Below, one piece after another: positions 37,215-47,413 of a stretch of DNA of 64,000 nt; the stretch's first letter is position 1; each line of letters begins with the position of its first letter. The notes beneath the pieces are model-generated. The model was not told the origin of the DNA. It did no database searches and saw only the letters and a program-made list of their open reading frames with translations. A program made the position numbers and the translations under genes. Source of the DNA: Octopus sinensis (Eukaryota); NCBI RefSeq assembly GCF_006345805.1, contig NC_043014.1, forward strand, positions 43,338,001-43,402,000, given 5' to 3'.

Positions 37215-37411
37215 GATGATAATATATATATATATACCGGAGTAAACACATAAATGTGAAACAAGGGGGAAAAAAGAGTACTCAAATACCAGTGGTAGAG
37301 TAATATGCTTTATTTAAAGCAGCAGAAAATTCAACAAAAACTGTCCGACGAACGGGAACGTGAAACTCAGAGTAACAGGTTTTGTTCGATTTTCTGCTGC
37401 TTTAAATAAAG
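37215..37411 (+). mobile_element. short PLE-like element ending in AATAAAG + microsatellite, with hairpin 37308-37411
   Basis: CTTTATTTAAAGCAGCAGAAAAT...ATTTTCTGCTGCTTTAAATAAAG inverted arms; 3' end shared with 40626-40664. Confidence 0.6.
37341..37378 (+). ncRNA. hammerhead-like motif with U4C core
   Basis: CTGT CCGACGA ACG GGAA CGT GAAA CT CAG AG TA ACAG; all three stems pair. Confidence 0.6.
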
Positions 37412-37450
37412 TGTATGTATATATATATATATGTATGTGTGTGTATGTAT

Positions 37451-37817
37451 ACGAAGATAACTCTTGCAAGACCCTGCCTCAGTAAAGCTGGACTCCAGAG
37501 TCATCTTCGTAGCCATAAAGCGAGACAGATGAGTGACAACCTGGCCACTGGTGATGGTGTTATACACCATACTAATCATATCTGTCGGGCATGTGGAAGA
37601 GAGTGTAATTCGGCAGGAGGGCTTAAACGACATGCAAGAGTGCACGAAACCCAGCTACAACTACAGCCAGCTATTACCAGTAAAGGTTTTAGTTGCCAAT
37701 TCTGTACAAGACATTGTAGATCTTTAGCTGGGCTAAAAAGTCACATTCGATCACAGCACCAATGACAGTTAAGCTTCGTGCAATGGCCATACTCGATAAC
37801 GAGGGGGCAGCTATAAT
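37451..37817 (+). mobile_element. 5'-truncated RTE-clade LINE 3' end with three tandem C2H2 fingers
   Basis: ..CLSKAGLQSHLRSH..CRACGRECNSAGGLKRHARVH..CQFCTRHCRSLAGLKSHIRSQH, stop at 37763-65, ~50-nt 3'UTR, (TATG)n tail; no splice acceptor upstream. Confidence 0.75.
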
Positions 37818-37839
37818 GTATGTATGTATATATATATAT

Positions 37840-38035
37840 ATAACGGGAAGGTTTACGAAAATAAACAAAAGACGAAGGCAGGTGGAGTACAAACAAACAA
37901 TTGTATTAGTATGGCGCTCAGGAATAGAAATAAAACAAGTCTTTTACGTTTCGAGCCTACGCTCTTCGACAGAAAGATACACAGAAAAGAAACAAGGAGA
38001 GAAATAATAAAAAATGCGTGTAGGAGCTAACGATC
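37840..38035 (-). mobile_element. short PLE-like element, family also at 48105-48670 and 52198-52330
   Basis: shared AAAAGACGAAG(G/A)CAGGTGG...CGCTCAGGAATAG...TTTTACGTTTCGAGCCTACGCTCTTC. Confidence 0.7.
37941..37976 (-). ncRNA. minimal hammerhead motif, A6U core variant
   Basis: CTTT CTGTCGA A GAGC GTAG GCTC GAAA CG TA AAAG. Confidence 0.65.
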
Positions 38036-38904
38036 CGATATGTCGCCATAAAGCTAAACCCTTTATGGACGGGAAATCTAAGGTAATCCCCAAAACCGGC
38101 CTTCCCCATTTTCTCTCTCTCTCTCTCACACACATACGTATATATGTTTCTTTGTTCATATATATGTTTGTATGCGACTCTGTAATATGCTGGGAGATAT
38201 TATGCCGAAATTGGTGTATTAAAATAAGTTATTGTATAAATTTACGATAGATTTTGTACATTGGTCATAATCGTTAATTATATTGAGTGTTATCGTTACA
38301 GTGGTCATTATTTTTAATTATATTGGTTAATATAGCAGCAGTGGGCTCATTAATATTAATTACATCGTTGCATCGATCACTAGTATTTGTGTTAATTATT
38401 TTGATTCCGTTTGATTGAAGCAACGGAGTTAAAATTCTGTCGGGTCGGTATTCAGTATTCAACAGAGTCGAGTATGTTACAAATACTTAACAAGCTTATC
38501 TTTTACAGAGGAGTGAAAATGTGTTACCGAACCCAGCAGTTTTTGAACTGACGAGACAATATGCCGAAACTAGTTAACCAAAGCGATGCATCTCTGAATG
38601 TGTTAAATCAGGGGTGGGGGAGACTTTTTAGTGCGGCGGGGATAAATTTCATAAGAAAAAGGTCCGCGAGCAGATCACAAGTTCTAATTCTTATATTTAT
38701 AACTTGTGACCTCTTATATAATTAAAGTTTTAATTTCAAATCTTGCCGTGGTCGACTTTGCTTTACATCTTTACAGGGTCGATAAAATAATGCACTTGTC
38801 AAGTACTGTGGCTGATTTCCTTGACTGTGTCCTTTCCCCAAAATTCTGTCAAGCTTTATGTCCTCTTCATCCAGATAGAAGGCTATCAGAAGCGGCATAA
38901 CGTA

Positions 38905-39122
38905 GAAACAGTATTATAGGTTTGGTAGAGTCGTTAGCACGCTGGACGAAATACTTAGCGGTGTTTTGCCCGTCACTACGTTCTGAGTTTATATTCTGCC
39001 GAAGCCGACTTAGCCTTTCATCCTTTTGAAATCGATGAATTAAGTACCAGTAAAACACTGGGGCCCATGTAATCGACTAGTCTCCTTCTTCCCAAATTCC
39101 CAGCCTTGTGCCTTTAGTAGAG
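38905..39122 (+). mobile_element. SINE S3, diverged
   Basis: head, core and terminal tail. Confidence 0.75.
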
Positions 39123-39939
39123 AGGATTATTATCATTTTTTAATAATTTTTAATATAAGTTCACATTCCGCCATGGTCGGCTTGGTCTTTCTTCTTTCCC
39201 GGATCAAGAAAGTACAAAAGAAGTATTGTAATCGATATTTGAGATATTATTTATTTTTTATTGAATTTTGTTCCCTATTAAGCATTGTCGTCAAAGAATG
39301 TATTCTTTCTGATGAAATATGTCGATATATAACTCCTCGGAGAACTATAACATGAAGATAGGGGAAGCATGTTGCCTTATTAATTATTATTTTTCGTTGT
39401 GGTTGTTGTAACGGCTATATATATATAAATAAAAATGTAGGTAATCCACTATAATTGAGTCGGAATTTAATGCATTAAAAAATTTAATTTCTTTAAAGAA
39501 GCGTCGTTAATTACAGTTCTATGAATAGAAAAAAAAAATTCTTCGAATTCAACTCTTCCTCTTTTCTGTAATTTTCCAGTTTTCGCGTTTTAGAATTTTA
39601 TTTTTTTAAAATTCAGATTTACACTTTTTAAACAATCGGAGATAAGAACTATGTACAAATAAAATTTCTCAGATTCAGTTATTGAGTAGATTTTCAAAAT
39701 TCTGATTTAAGAAAAAAAAACTACTCGCCCCTCCCCCCTCCTTTTGTGTATGTTTGAAACAGTTTGAGATTTCAATTCTGCAGCAAAAAGTATATTTTTC
39801 AAATTTTCAAGCTTCCAGTTTCAGTTGTTTAAATTTGAGGTGTGATGGGGTGGGGTGGGGGAATTCGAATAAAGTCTAAATTGAAAACTTACACAAAGCT
39901 CGGGGCAGTGGGGGCGGAATGAAAAAATTGCACAATCGC

Positions 39940-39974
<35 letters not shown>

Positions 39975-41592
39975 CATACACACACTGAGGAACAAAAATT
40001 TCGTTTACATAAACATGGCCGCCGCCGCCAAATGAATAATTAAAATGGCTTGTGGCTTGGTCGGCCTCGAAGCAAGCTCATAACCATATTCTCCTGTCAT
40101 TTTGTATTATAATCTATCTTAAGTTTTGGTTATTTCTCACTGCCTATATATCTAATGAGTTTGTGCAAACTAATTCTTGAATGTCTGTTGTGTAATTTGT
40201 ATATAGGACTTGGTATGTGTTCTCTCTTATGGACAGAATTTTCCCAAAGATGCAACTGATTTTCTCTAGAATCTTCTGCAGTTTCTTGCGTTGATGGCTG
40301 CTCATTTTGTCGTCCATGTTTTCTCTTTTCTTTAGTTTTTCTTTCTCTCTCTCTCTTTTTTTTTTTTATCACTGTGAGAGTTACAACAGTAAGTTTCTAT
40401 TTTCGTCTATGTTATCTGATTGGTATTGTTACTGCCCACACAGCGTGATGTAACAAGTTAGCATGTATGGCTGTATGGTTAAGAAGTTCGATTTGCAACT
40501 AACCATGTGATTTCGGGTTCAGTCCCACTGCGCTGCACCTTGGACAAGTGTCTTCTGTAGCCTCGGGAGTGAATTTGGTAAACGAAAACTGTCGAAGCGC
40601 GTATATATATACATATATATATATACTTTATTTAAAAGCAGCAGAAATTCAACAAAACCTGTTAGTTGAAGGCTACCAAACCTGCCATACACAGACAACT
40701 TCAGCTTCATATATATATATAGATTTAAAAAAAAAAAATGTTAGGATGAAAGTATTATTATAGTAATGATAAATGACACTGAAAATATCAAAACTGAGGC
40801 TAACTAATTTAATGTGCTGGTGATTTTAATGAATAAAGTATTATAACATTGATGTGATACTATATACCTGCTTTTGCATCTGTACCTGTCTGTGTGTGTT
40901 ACTGTTTTGCTTGACATGACCTTGACGAAAACTCCGGTCTAAAGAAATTATTCTGCTTTTAAACTGCTTATAAAAGACTACATATTATTTGCATGTTATT
41001 TGAATATTTAAATCTTTCGCTTCTCATTTTTAAAAATTTGGCTTCTCCATTGAGCAGAGCTGTATTTCATTACATTATTTAGCAGCCTTTCGTCCGACAT
41101 TGTGTTCTTAGTTCAAATTCTGTCGAGGCCGACTTTGCCCGTTATCCTTTCGGTGGTGGTGGTCACTGCAATAAGTACCAGTTGAGCACTGGATCGATGT
41201 AATCGTCTAGCCCCAACTTCAGGTTTTGTACCTATTGTAGAAAGAATTATTGTAATTAATAAGGTAAACTGGCAATTGTTGACGAGTCGGACGAAATGCT
41301 TAGCGATATCTTCTGGTTCTTTACGTTCCGAGTTCAAATTGCGCCGAGGTCAACTATACCTTTCGTCCTTTCAGATGTACCAGTAACCCCTCCCTTGAAA
41401 ATTTTCAACGTGATGCCAAAATTCTAGAGTGAATGGCTCTATTCTAAATTACACCCCTGTAGATTGGAGAGAAAGACAAAGGGCTCGTACCATTTGTAGT
41501 CAGAGTAATATTGGATCTGTGGGGCTCCGTAATTGGCCCTAGTTGAAGCTTCTCCTGTATCGGGAGGACTGCATCATTCATCTTATCACATA

Positions 41593-42092
41593 CCGTAAAT
41601 CCTCGAGTATAATCCGTATTTCCTCCCCAAAATTTAATGATCAAAATCCCTAGTGCGTACTATATACGAGGTTAAAAATGATAAGTATTTTCTAAGCACT
41701 GTCCAAGTCTCTATTTGCTGTCCGGCAATGTTTATTCAGACGCATTTTGTGATGTCAGGCTAAGCCTGAAAGCAATGAAGTCGTAAAAAAAATTATCCAT
41801 AACTTGCAGTGATCAACATTTATTAAACGTTATTACTGTTATTTCTTTATTTTCTGCAAACAAAATGTACAAAAAAGCTACACGTTTGCATTATGTTATA
41901 TATACAATAATAATAAAGGACGTTACCGTATACATTTTTACAAACCAAGCACATTATACAGACCTCCTTCACTCAAGTTAGAGAAGGGGTGCGTATTATA
42001 CACAAGGTTCAGGTTTTTCAGTGGTACAAGCCCCTAAAAATCTCCTGCGTATTATACTCAAGGGGGGGGGGACTATACTCGAGGATTTACGG
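41593..42092. mobile_element. Tc1/mariner/pogo-type MITE
   Basis: TA|CCGTAAATCCTCGAGTATA ... TATACTCGAGGATTTACGG|TA. Confidence 0.88.
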
Positions 42093-42312
42093 TACTTTGT
42101 TTACCGTGTATACCTTTATCACATTTCACTGTCTTTTCCCATATTTTTCTCTCCGTCTTCCATGTAAATCGCCCACCACATTGTTGCTTGTCCTTGTGAG
42201 GTCCCCTTCATTCATGCCCCTGTGGTTAATAAAAAAAAATCGTCATTATTATTATTATTATGTCGAAGTCGACTTTTCCTTTCATCCTTTCGGGGTCGAT
42301 AAATAAAGTACC

Positions 42313-42533
42313 TATTTCTTTACTACCCACAAGGGGCTACACACATAGAGGACAGACAAACGGATTAAGTCGATTATATCGACCCCAGTGCGTAACTGGT
42401 ACTTATTTAATCGACCCCGAAATGATGAAAGGCAAAGTCGACCTCGGCGGAATTTGAACTCAGAACGTAGCGACAGACGAAATACCGCTAAGCATTTCGC
42501 CCGGCGTGCTAACGTTTCTGCCAGCTCACTGCC
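42313..42533 (-). mobile_element. SINE S3 inserted into an opposite-strand S3 copy (42260-42625)
   Basis: 16-bp TSD CGATAAATAAAGTACC at 42297-42312 and 42534-42549. Confidence 0.88.
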
Positions 42534-44076
42534 CGATAAATAAAGTACCAGTTTCACACTGGGGTCGATATAATCAACTTAATCCGTTTGTCCCCTCTAT
42601 GTTTAGCTCCTTGTGGGCAAAAAAGAAATATATCATCATTATTTTTATTATTATTATTATTATGCACATAATTGACATTAGCTTGACCGACATTTTATAC
42701 AAAGATCGATAATTTTAATTGCAATTCTTTAACTATCTGTGTTCTCTCTCTCTCTCTCGTTACCTATTATTGTTGTAAATTCTATTATGCAGACACATCA
42801 TGATTGAACTCGTCATTCGGGACGTTTTGAGACGTTTTATTATTATTATTATAATTATTATATATTTTTTTTCATTTATTATATTGTAACCATATTTTCG
42901 TTTGCCGTTTTGCAATTTTCATTGTTGTTATTGCAAAGCTCATTTGCATTAAAGCATTGTCTTTTCATTGTATTCGTTTATTATTAGAAACAAAAGCAAT
43001 TGGTTATACGCTCCAATTTTTTTGTTGGTGTTGTTGTTCTTGTCTTAGTTATTGTTTTAGCGTTGCTATCTCTTATCGTTATCATCTGTAGCCATTGTCT
43101 TCGTTTGTCAATTACCGTTAGCATCAACCCGTCGTTTCTATAATTGTTTACTCAAGAACCAACGACTTTAGTACACATCCTCATTTGGTAGTGTTTTATT
43201 TGTGCTATAGTTTAGTTCTCACCTTACTCCAATCCCACGACAGACGTACCGTAAATACTCGAGTATAATCCGCATTTTCCCCCAAAATTTAACGGTCAAA
43301 ATCCCTTTTGTGGTCAAGGTAATCTTGGATCTGTGGGGCTCCGTGGTTGGCCCTAGTTGAAGCTTCTCCTGTATCAGGAGGACTGCATCATTCATCTTAT
43401 CACATATCGTAAATCCTCGAGTATAATCCGCATTTTCCCCCCAAAATTTAAAGGTAAAAAATTCCCTAGTGCGTACTATATACGAAGTTAAAATAGAAAA
43501 TTATTTTCTAAGTAATGTCCTAGTCTCTATTTGCTGTCCATCAATGTTTATTCAGACGCATTTTGTGATGTCGGACGCGAAAATACGGCCGACATTCCTG
43601 AAGAGCAGAGTCGGAAATTAGAGCTAGTACACCCCAAAACTACTTTCTTTCGGATGTATATGTTTTAAGCAAGTAAATTCTGATTCAGGTGTGGAGGCTA
43701 GAGATTGTTTCGTGTCCCATCCAATTTCCGTAATTTTTCAGTTTCTTTTCCAATTTTTAAAAATTTATGAGTTAATGATTTTTAAGTATATTTTTCTTGC
43801 ATGGCTCAGTGGTTTGAGCGTCGAGCTTACGATCGTGGTGAGGTTGTGAGTTCGATTCCCGGACCGAGCTACGTGTTGTGTTTTTGAGCAAGACACTTTA
43901 TTTCACGTTGCTCCAGTTAATCCTTTCTATAATAGAAAGGATTATCATTAATACACGTTAGCAACGCTTTAAAGTTCACCATCGTTAGCACCAGCGTGGT
44001 TTACTGTTGCTAACATCACCAGTGGTGTGGTTGGGGGCGGGTTGTGGCAGTGTGGTCACTTTTATATAAGCGTGTT

Positions 44077-44488
44077 GGATCTTTTCGGTTTGACCGGCAG
44101 TTTTTTAAAATAATTTCCACGTAACTAAACACTTTTAAACTTCGTATACTGGTAGAATGTGTTTATAAAACATCTTTTTCTCTTGGCTTTATTGAGAAAA
44201 TTCTATACTTTGTAAGATATTTGCTGTTTTTTTCTCCTTCAATTTCTGCAATTTCAACCAATCAATGACGTCCATTGAGGTAAAAAAACAACATTCTGCG
44301 CCGTATGAATATGTCCCTCGTTTAAGAAACAGATTGGGTTTATTTACATTTGTGAAGAAAAAAAGATACCCTTCCCCCTAACCCTAACCAGATCGAAATG
44401 CAATAGATCGATACTAGGGTCATAATTATGGGTGACAATTTCATATGACACCGCTAGAAAAAACTGCCATTCAAACCGAAAAGATCAC
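44077..44488. mobile_element. MITE, GATCTTTTCGGTTTGA termini
   Basis: ~28-bp TIR; GCGTGTT duplicated at 44070-44076 and 44489-44495. Confidence 0.8.
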
Positions 44489-44824
44489 GCGTGTTTGCTG
44501 CAGACGAAAGCATGTTGCGTTTAGATGTGAGGGAGGCTCCAGATTTGGCCACCGCAAAGGAAACCCCAAACCTCACTGCACACCATACTGTTTGGCGCAA
44601 CTCTGTAGAATATTCGCTTCGGTAATGTGCCTGGTAGATCATAGTGTGTTTATCACCATCGTAACCACTTGTTGGTCTGTATAACTCTGTTGCTGCCGTC
44701 CCGTGTGTACTGGTTTAAATTCTAAGCTAAGACTGCGACCAAGTTTCTTTCGCTTTCTCCTTTGAATCACTTCACAAAATTATGTTTTCGAGACAGACGT
44801 GGAATACAAATAATATATTTTAAT

Positions 44825-45201
44825 GGCAATCTTTCGTCTCTAGTAGACCTTTCCGTCGATTTCCGTAAAAAATTTTTTTTTTTTTTTACATATGGGCTTG
44901 CGGGAACTTTTGAAGTAATGAGAGCGAAAGAGACTAAGAGAAAGCGATTGTATGACGAGGGAAGTTCTTTTGAAGTTACCGTGTGTGTGTGTGTGTGTTT
45001 GATGGGGTGTGGGAGACAGAAAGTATGTTGTGTAAGTGAAGTGCTTCTGTTAGTGTGTGTGAAAGAAAGAGATAACTGAAATTTTTTACTCGGTGTATGT
45101 GTATATGTATGTATATTACTTCAAAAGTTCCCGCAATATGTAAAAAAAAAATTTTTTTTACGGAAATCGACGGAAAGGTCTACTAGAGACGAAAGATCGC
45201 C
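44825..45201. mobile_element. MITE with ~100-bp TIRs, GGC termini, 8-bp TSD (Merlin-like)
   Basis: GGCAATCTTTCGTCTCTAGTAGACC ... GGTCTACTAGAGACGAAAGATCGCC; TSD ATTTTAAT. Confidence 0.85.
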
Positions 45202-45577
45202 ATTTTAATTTTAAATGTCCAGCATTCTAAAAATCTAGGGTGACAAAAAAAATCCGTAAAAGAAAAAAAAAATTAGGAGAGTCTAAACTCAGAATTAATT
45301 GGCGAAGGAAATGATTTTACACGATGAATAAACGTGATTGGGAATATATTTTTGTAAATTTTTTTTTCGTATTTGCTCACATCTTTAGTCACCCTGCTGA
45401 TTTCGTGTAACGTAATACGCTTTACGCGCCAACGAAGGAGCTGTTACGTAGATGCTCGCCCTGCTAGAAATGGCAGCCAAACCTCTTTCGTATAACACTT
45501 GTTTTTTCTCTATTGTCTTAACCTTTTGCCTATTACGTGAGACATATGGAATATTTCTCTGGCATCCGTGCTCCTTT

Positions 45578-45867
45578 TGGTACTAATTAAGAAGAGTGGT
45601 CCAGGTGCGCGCACTCGCGCATCCGAGCTAGCTAGTCGTGACTAGTCGATCCTTATTTTGTGTTTTTATTTTATTTACTTTGTTTAAAAAAAAATATTTA
45701 CTCTGTGTTTTTGTGTTTTATTTACTTTGTTTTAAAAAAATTATTTATTTTGTGTTTTATTTACTTTGCTAGGTAGTCGTTTTAGGATCAACTAGTCACG
45801 ACTAGCTAGCGCGGATGCGCGAGTACGCGAGTGCGCGCACCGGGACCACTCTTCTTAAGTAGTACCC
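45578..45867. mobile_element. CpG-rich foldback MITE
   Basis: ~85-bp inverted arms (GGTACTA...GATCCT / AGGATC...TAGTACCC). Confidence 0.85.
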
Positions 45868-46266
45868 TTCTTTTCAATCATCGGAATAACATGGGACTTA
45901 GGAAAGAAAGGCTTTATATTTTTCAGAACGTATGAAAATTGAGCTAAAAGTCTTAAAAACAAGTTTTGGACGTTTAGGACAAACTTAATGAAACTGCTTT
46001 GGACTGGCAAAAGGTCAAAGGCACAGAATGTTTTCACCTCAATAGACGTCATTGATTGGTTGAACATGTTTGACCTGTGTTAACATTGTGTTGCAGAGGC
46101 TTTAACAGCGGTTCTCAACCGTAGCCCCCAGAGTCGCATGCGGCCCCGACGGTCTTGCTTCTATAAATATAATTTTTTCTATAGATTTGTGTTTTACATT
46201 TTTGTCCCCCACCCTGAATCCAGTTTCTGGATCTGGCTCCTTGATATAAAAGGTTGAGAATGTCCC

Positions 46267-46478
46267 GGGTACAACTTGAGAACAGTGGTCCCGGTGCGCG
46301 CACTCGCGCATCTGCGCCAGCTAGTCGTGACTAGTCGATCCTACAACGATAGTTTTTGTTAAACAAAGTAAATAACATACAAAAACACAAAGTAAAGATC
46401 GACTAGTCATGACTAGCTAGCGCGGATGCATGAGTACGCGATTGCGCGCACCAGGACCTCTGTTCTCAAGTAGTACCC
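46267..46478. mobile_element. second copy of the CpG-rich foldback MITE, opposite orientation
   Basis: GGGTACAACTTGAGAACAG ... CTGTTCTCAAGTAGTACCC. Confidence 0.85.
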
Positions 46479-46620
46479 ACACACATAAACTGAGAGAGCA
46501 TTGGTTGGCTCGGGGCTATAGCAGAAGAAACTTGCTTAAATTACCATGCAGTAGGACTGAACCTGGAACCATGTGGATGGGAAAGCACACCTGCGCCCAT
46601 TTACAAATAACTAATTGAAA

Positions 46621-46960
46621 AACGTAAAGTATAGAAGCCATCTTATCATGGCTAACCACATTGGGGAGGGGGTGTTACTGTAGCTTTATAGCCCCAAGAG
46701 ATCTTCGTCTCTAGCTGGCTTTAGACACAATATCTGTGTCCTTGGAGTATTTGCTCCAAGGACACAGATATTGTGTCTAAAGCCAGCCAGAGACGAAGAT
46801 CTCTTGGGGCTATAAAGCTACAGTAACACCCGCTCCAAGGACACAGATATTGTGTCTAAAGCCAGCTAGAGACGAAGATCTCTTGGGGGCTATAAAGCTA
46901 CAGTAACACCCCCTCCCCAATGTGGTTAGCCATGATAAGATGGCTTCTATACTTTACGTT
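46621..46960. repeat. near-perfect long palindrome (foldback element) with an internal 78-bp duplication
   Basis: 46621-46747 pairs with 46833-46960 (one indel); 46754-46831 duplicates the start of the right arm. Confidence 0.95.
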
Positions 46961-47215
46961 ATCGAGCGATTACTGTTTCAATCTCATTCTGAGATTTAAT
47001 TATGCTAATTGAAAAAGAACTGCTTAAAAGTTTCAGTAAAAACTCAGTGTTTCGATGAACTGACGAAAAGAAGGGTTGCTGATAACATTGACAAAAACAG
47101 TAAAAGAAAAATACAAAAAATGTCCCTATAAAACATTTACTAATTTAATATTGCTCCCTATACACACAACGAGCCTGAAGTTTGGGCGTTTAGACCAAGA
47201 GTTCTCAACCTTTTA

Positions 47216-47413
47216 GGCGATCTTTTGGTACAGGTACCATAACTGCCAATTATAAACCCACGTGGGTTTATTTACATTTCTGAAGAAAAAAGAAACCCTT
47301 TCCCCTATATATATATATATAAAAAAAAAAAACTTTATGGAAAGTGACGATCTTCTTCTTCAAATGTACACAAACAGACTCGGCAGTTATGGTACTTGTA
47401 CCGAAAGATCACC
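47216..47413. mobile_element. MITE with GGCGATCTTT termini
   Basis: GGCGATCTTTTGGTACAGGTACCATAACTGCC / GGCAGTTATGGTACTTGTACCGAAAGATCACC. Confidence 0.8.

Noticed and set aside
37415-37765. Host C2H2 zinc-finger gene
   Set aside because: The ATG lies in a microsatellite, there is no acceptor or TGEKP linker, and the 3'UTR/tail is LINE-like; called as an RTE end instead.
40130-40372. 80-aa minus-strand ORF
   Set aside because: It starts in a poly-T/CT tract and has no recognisable domain.
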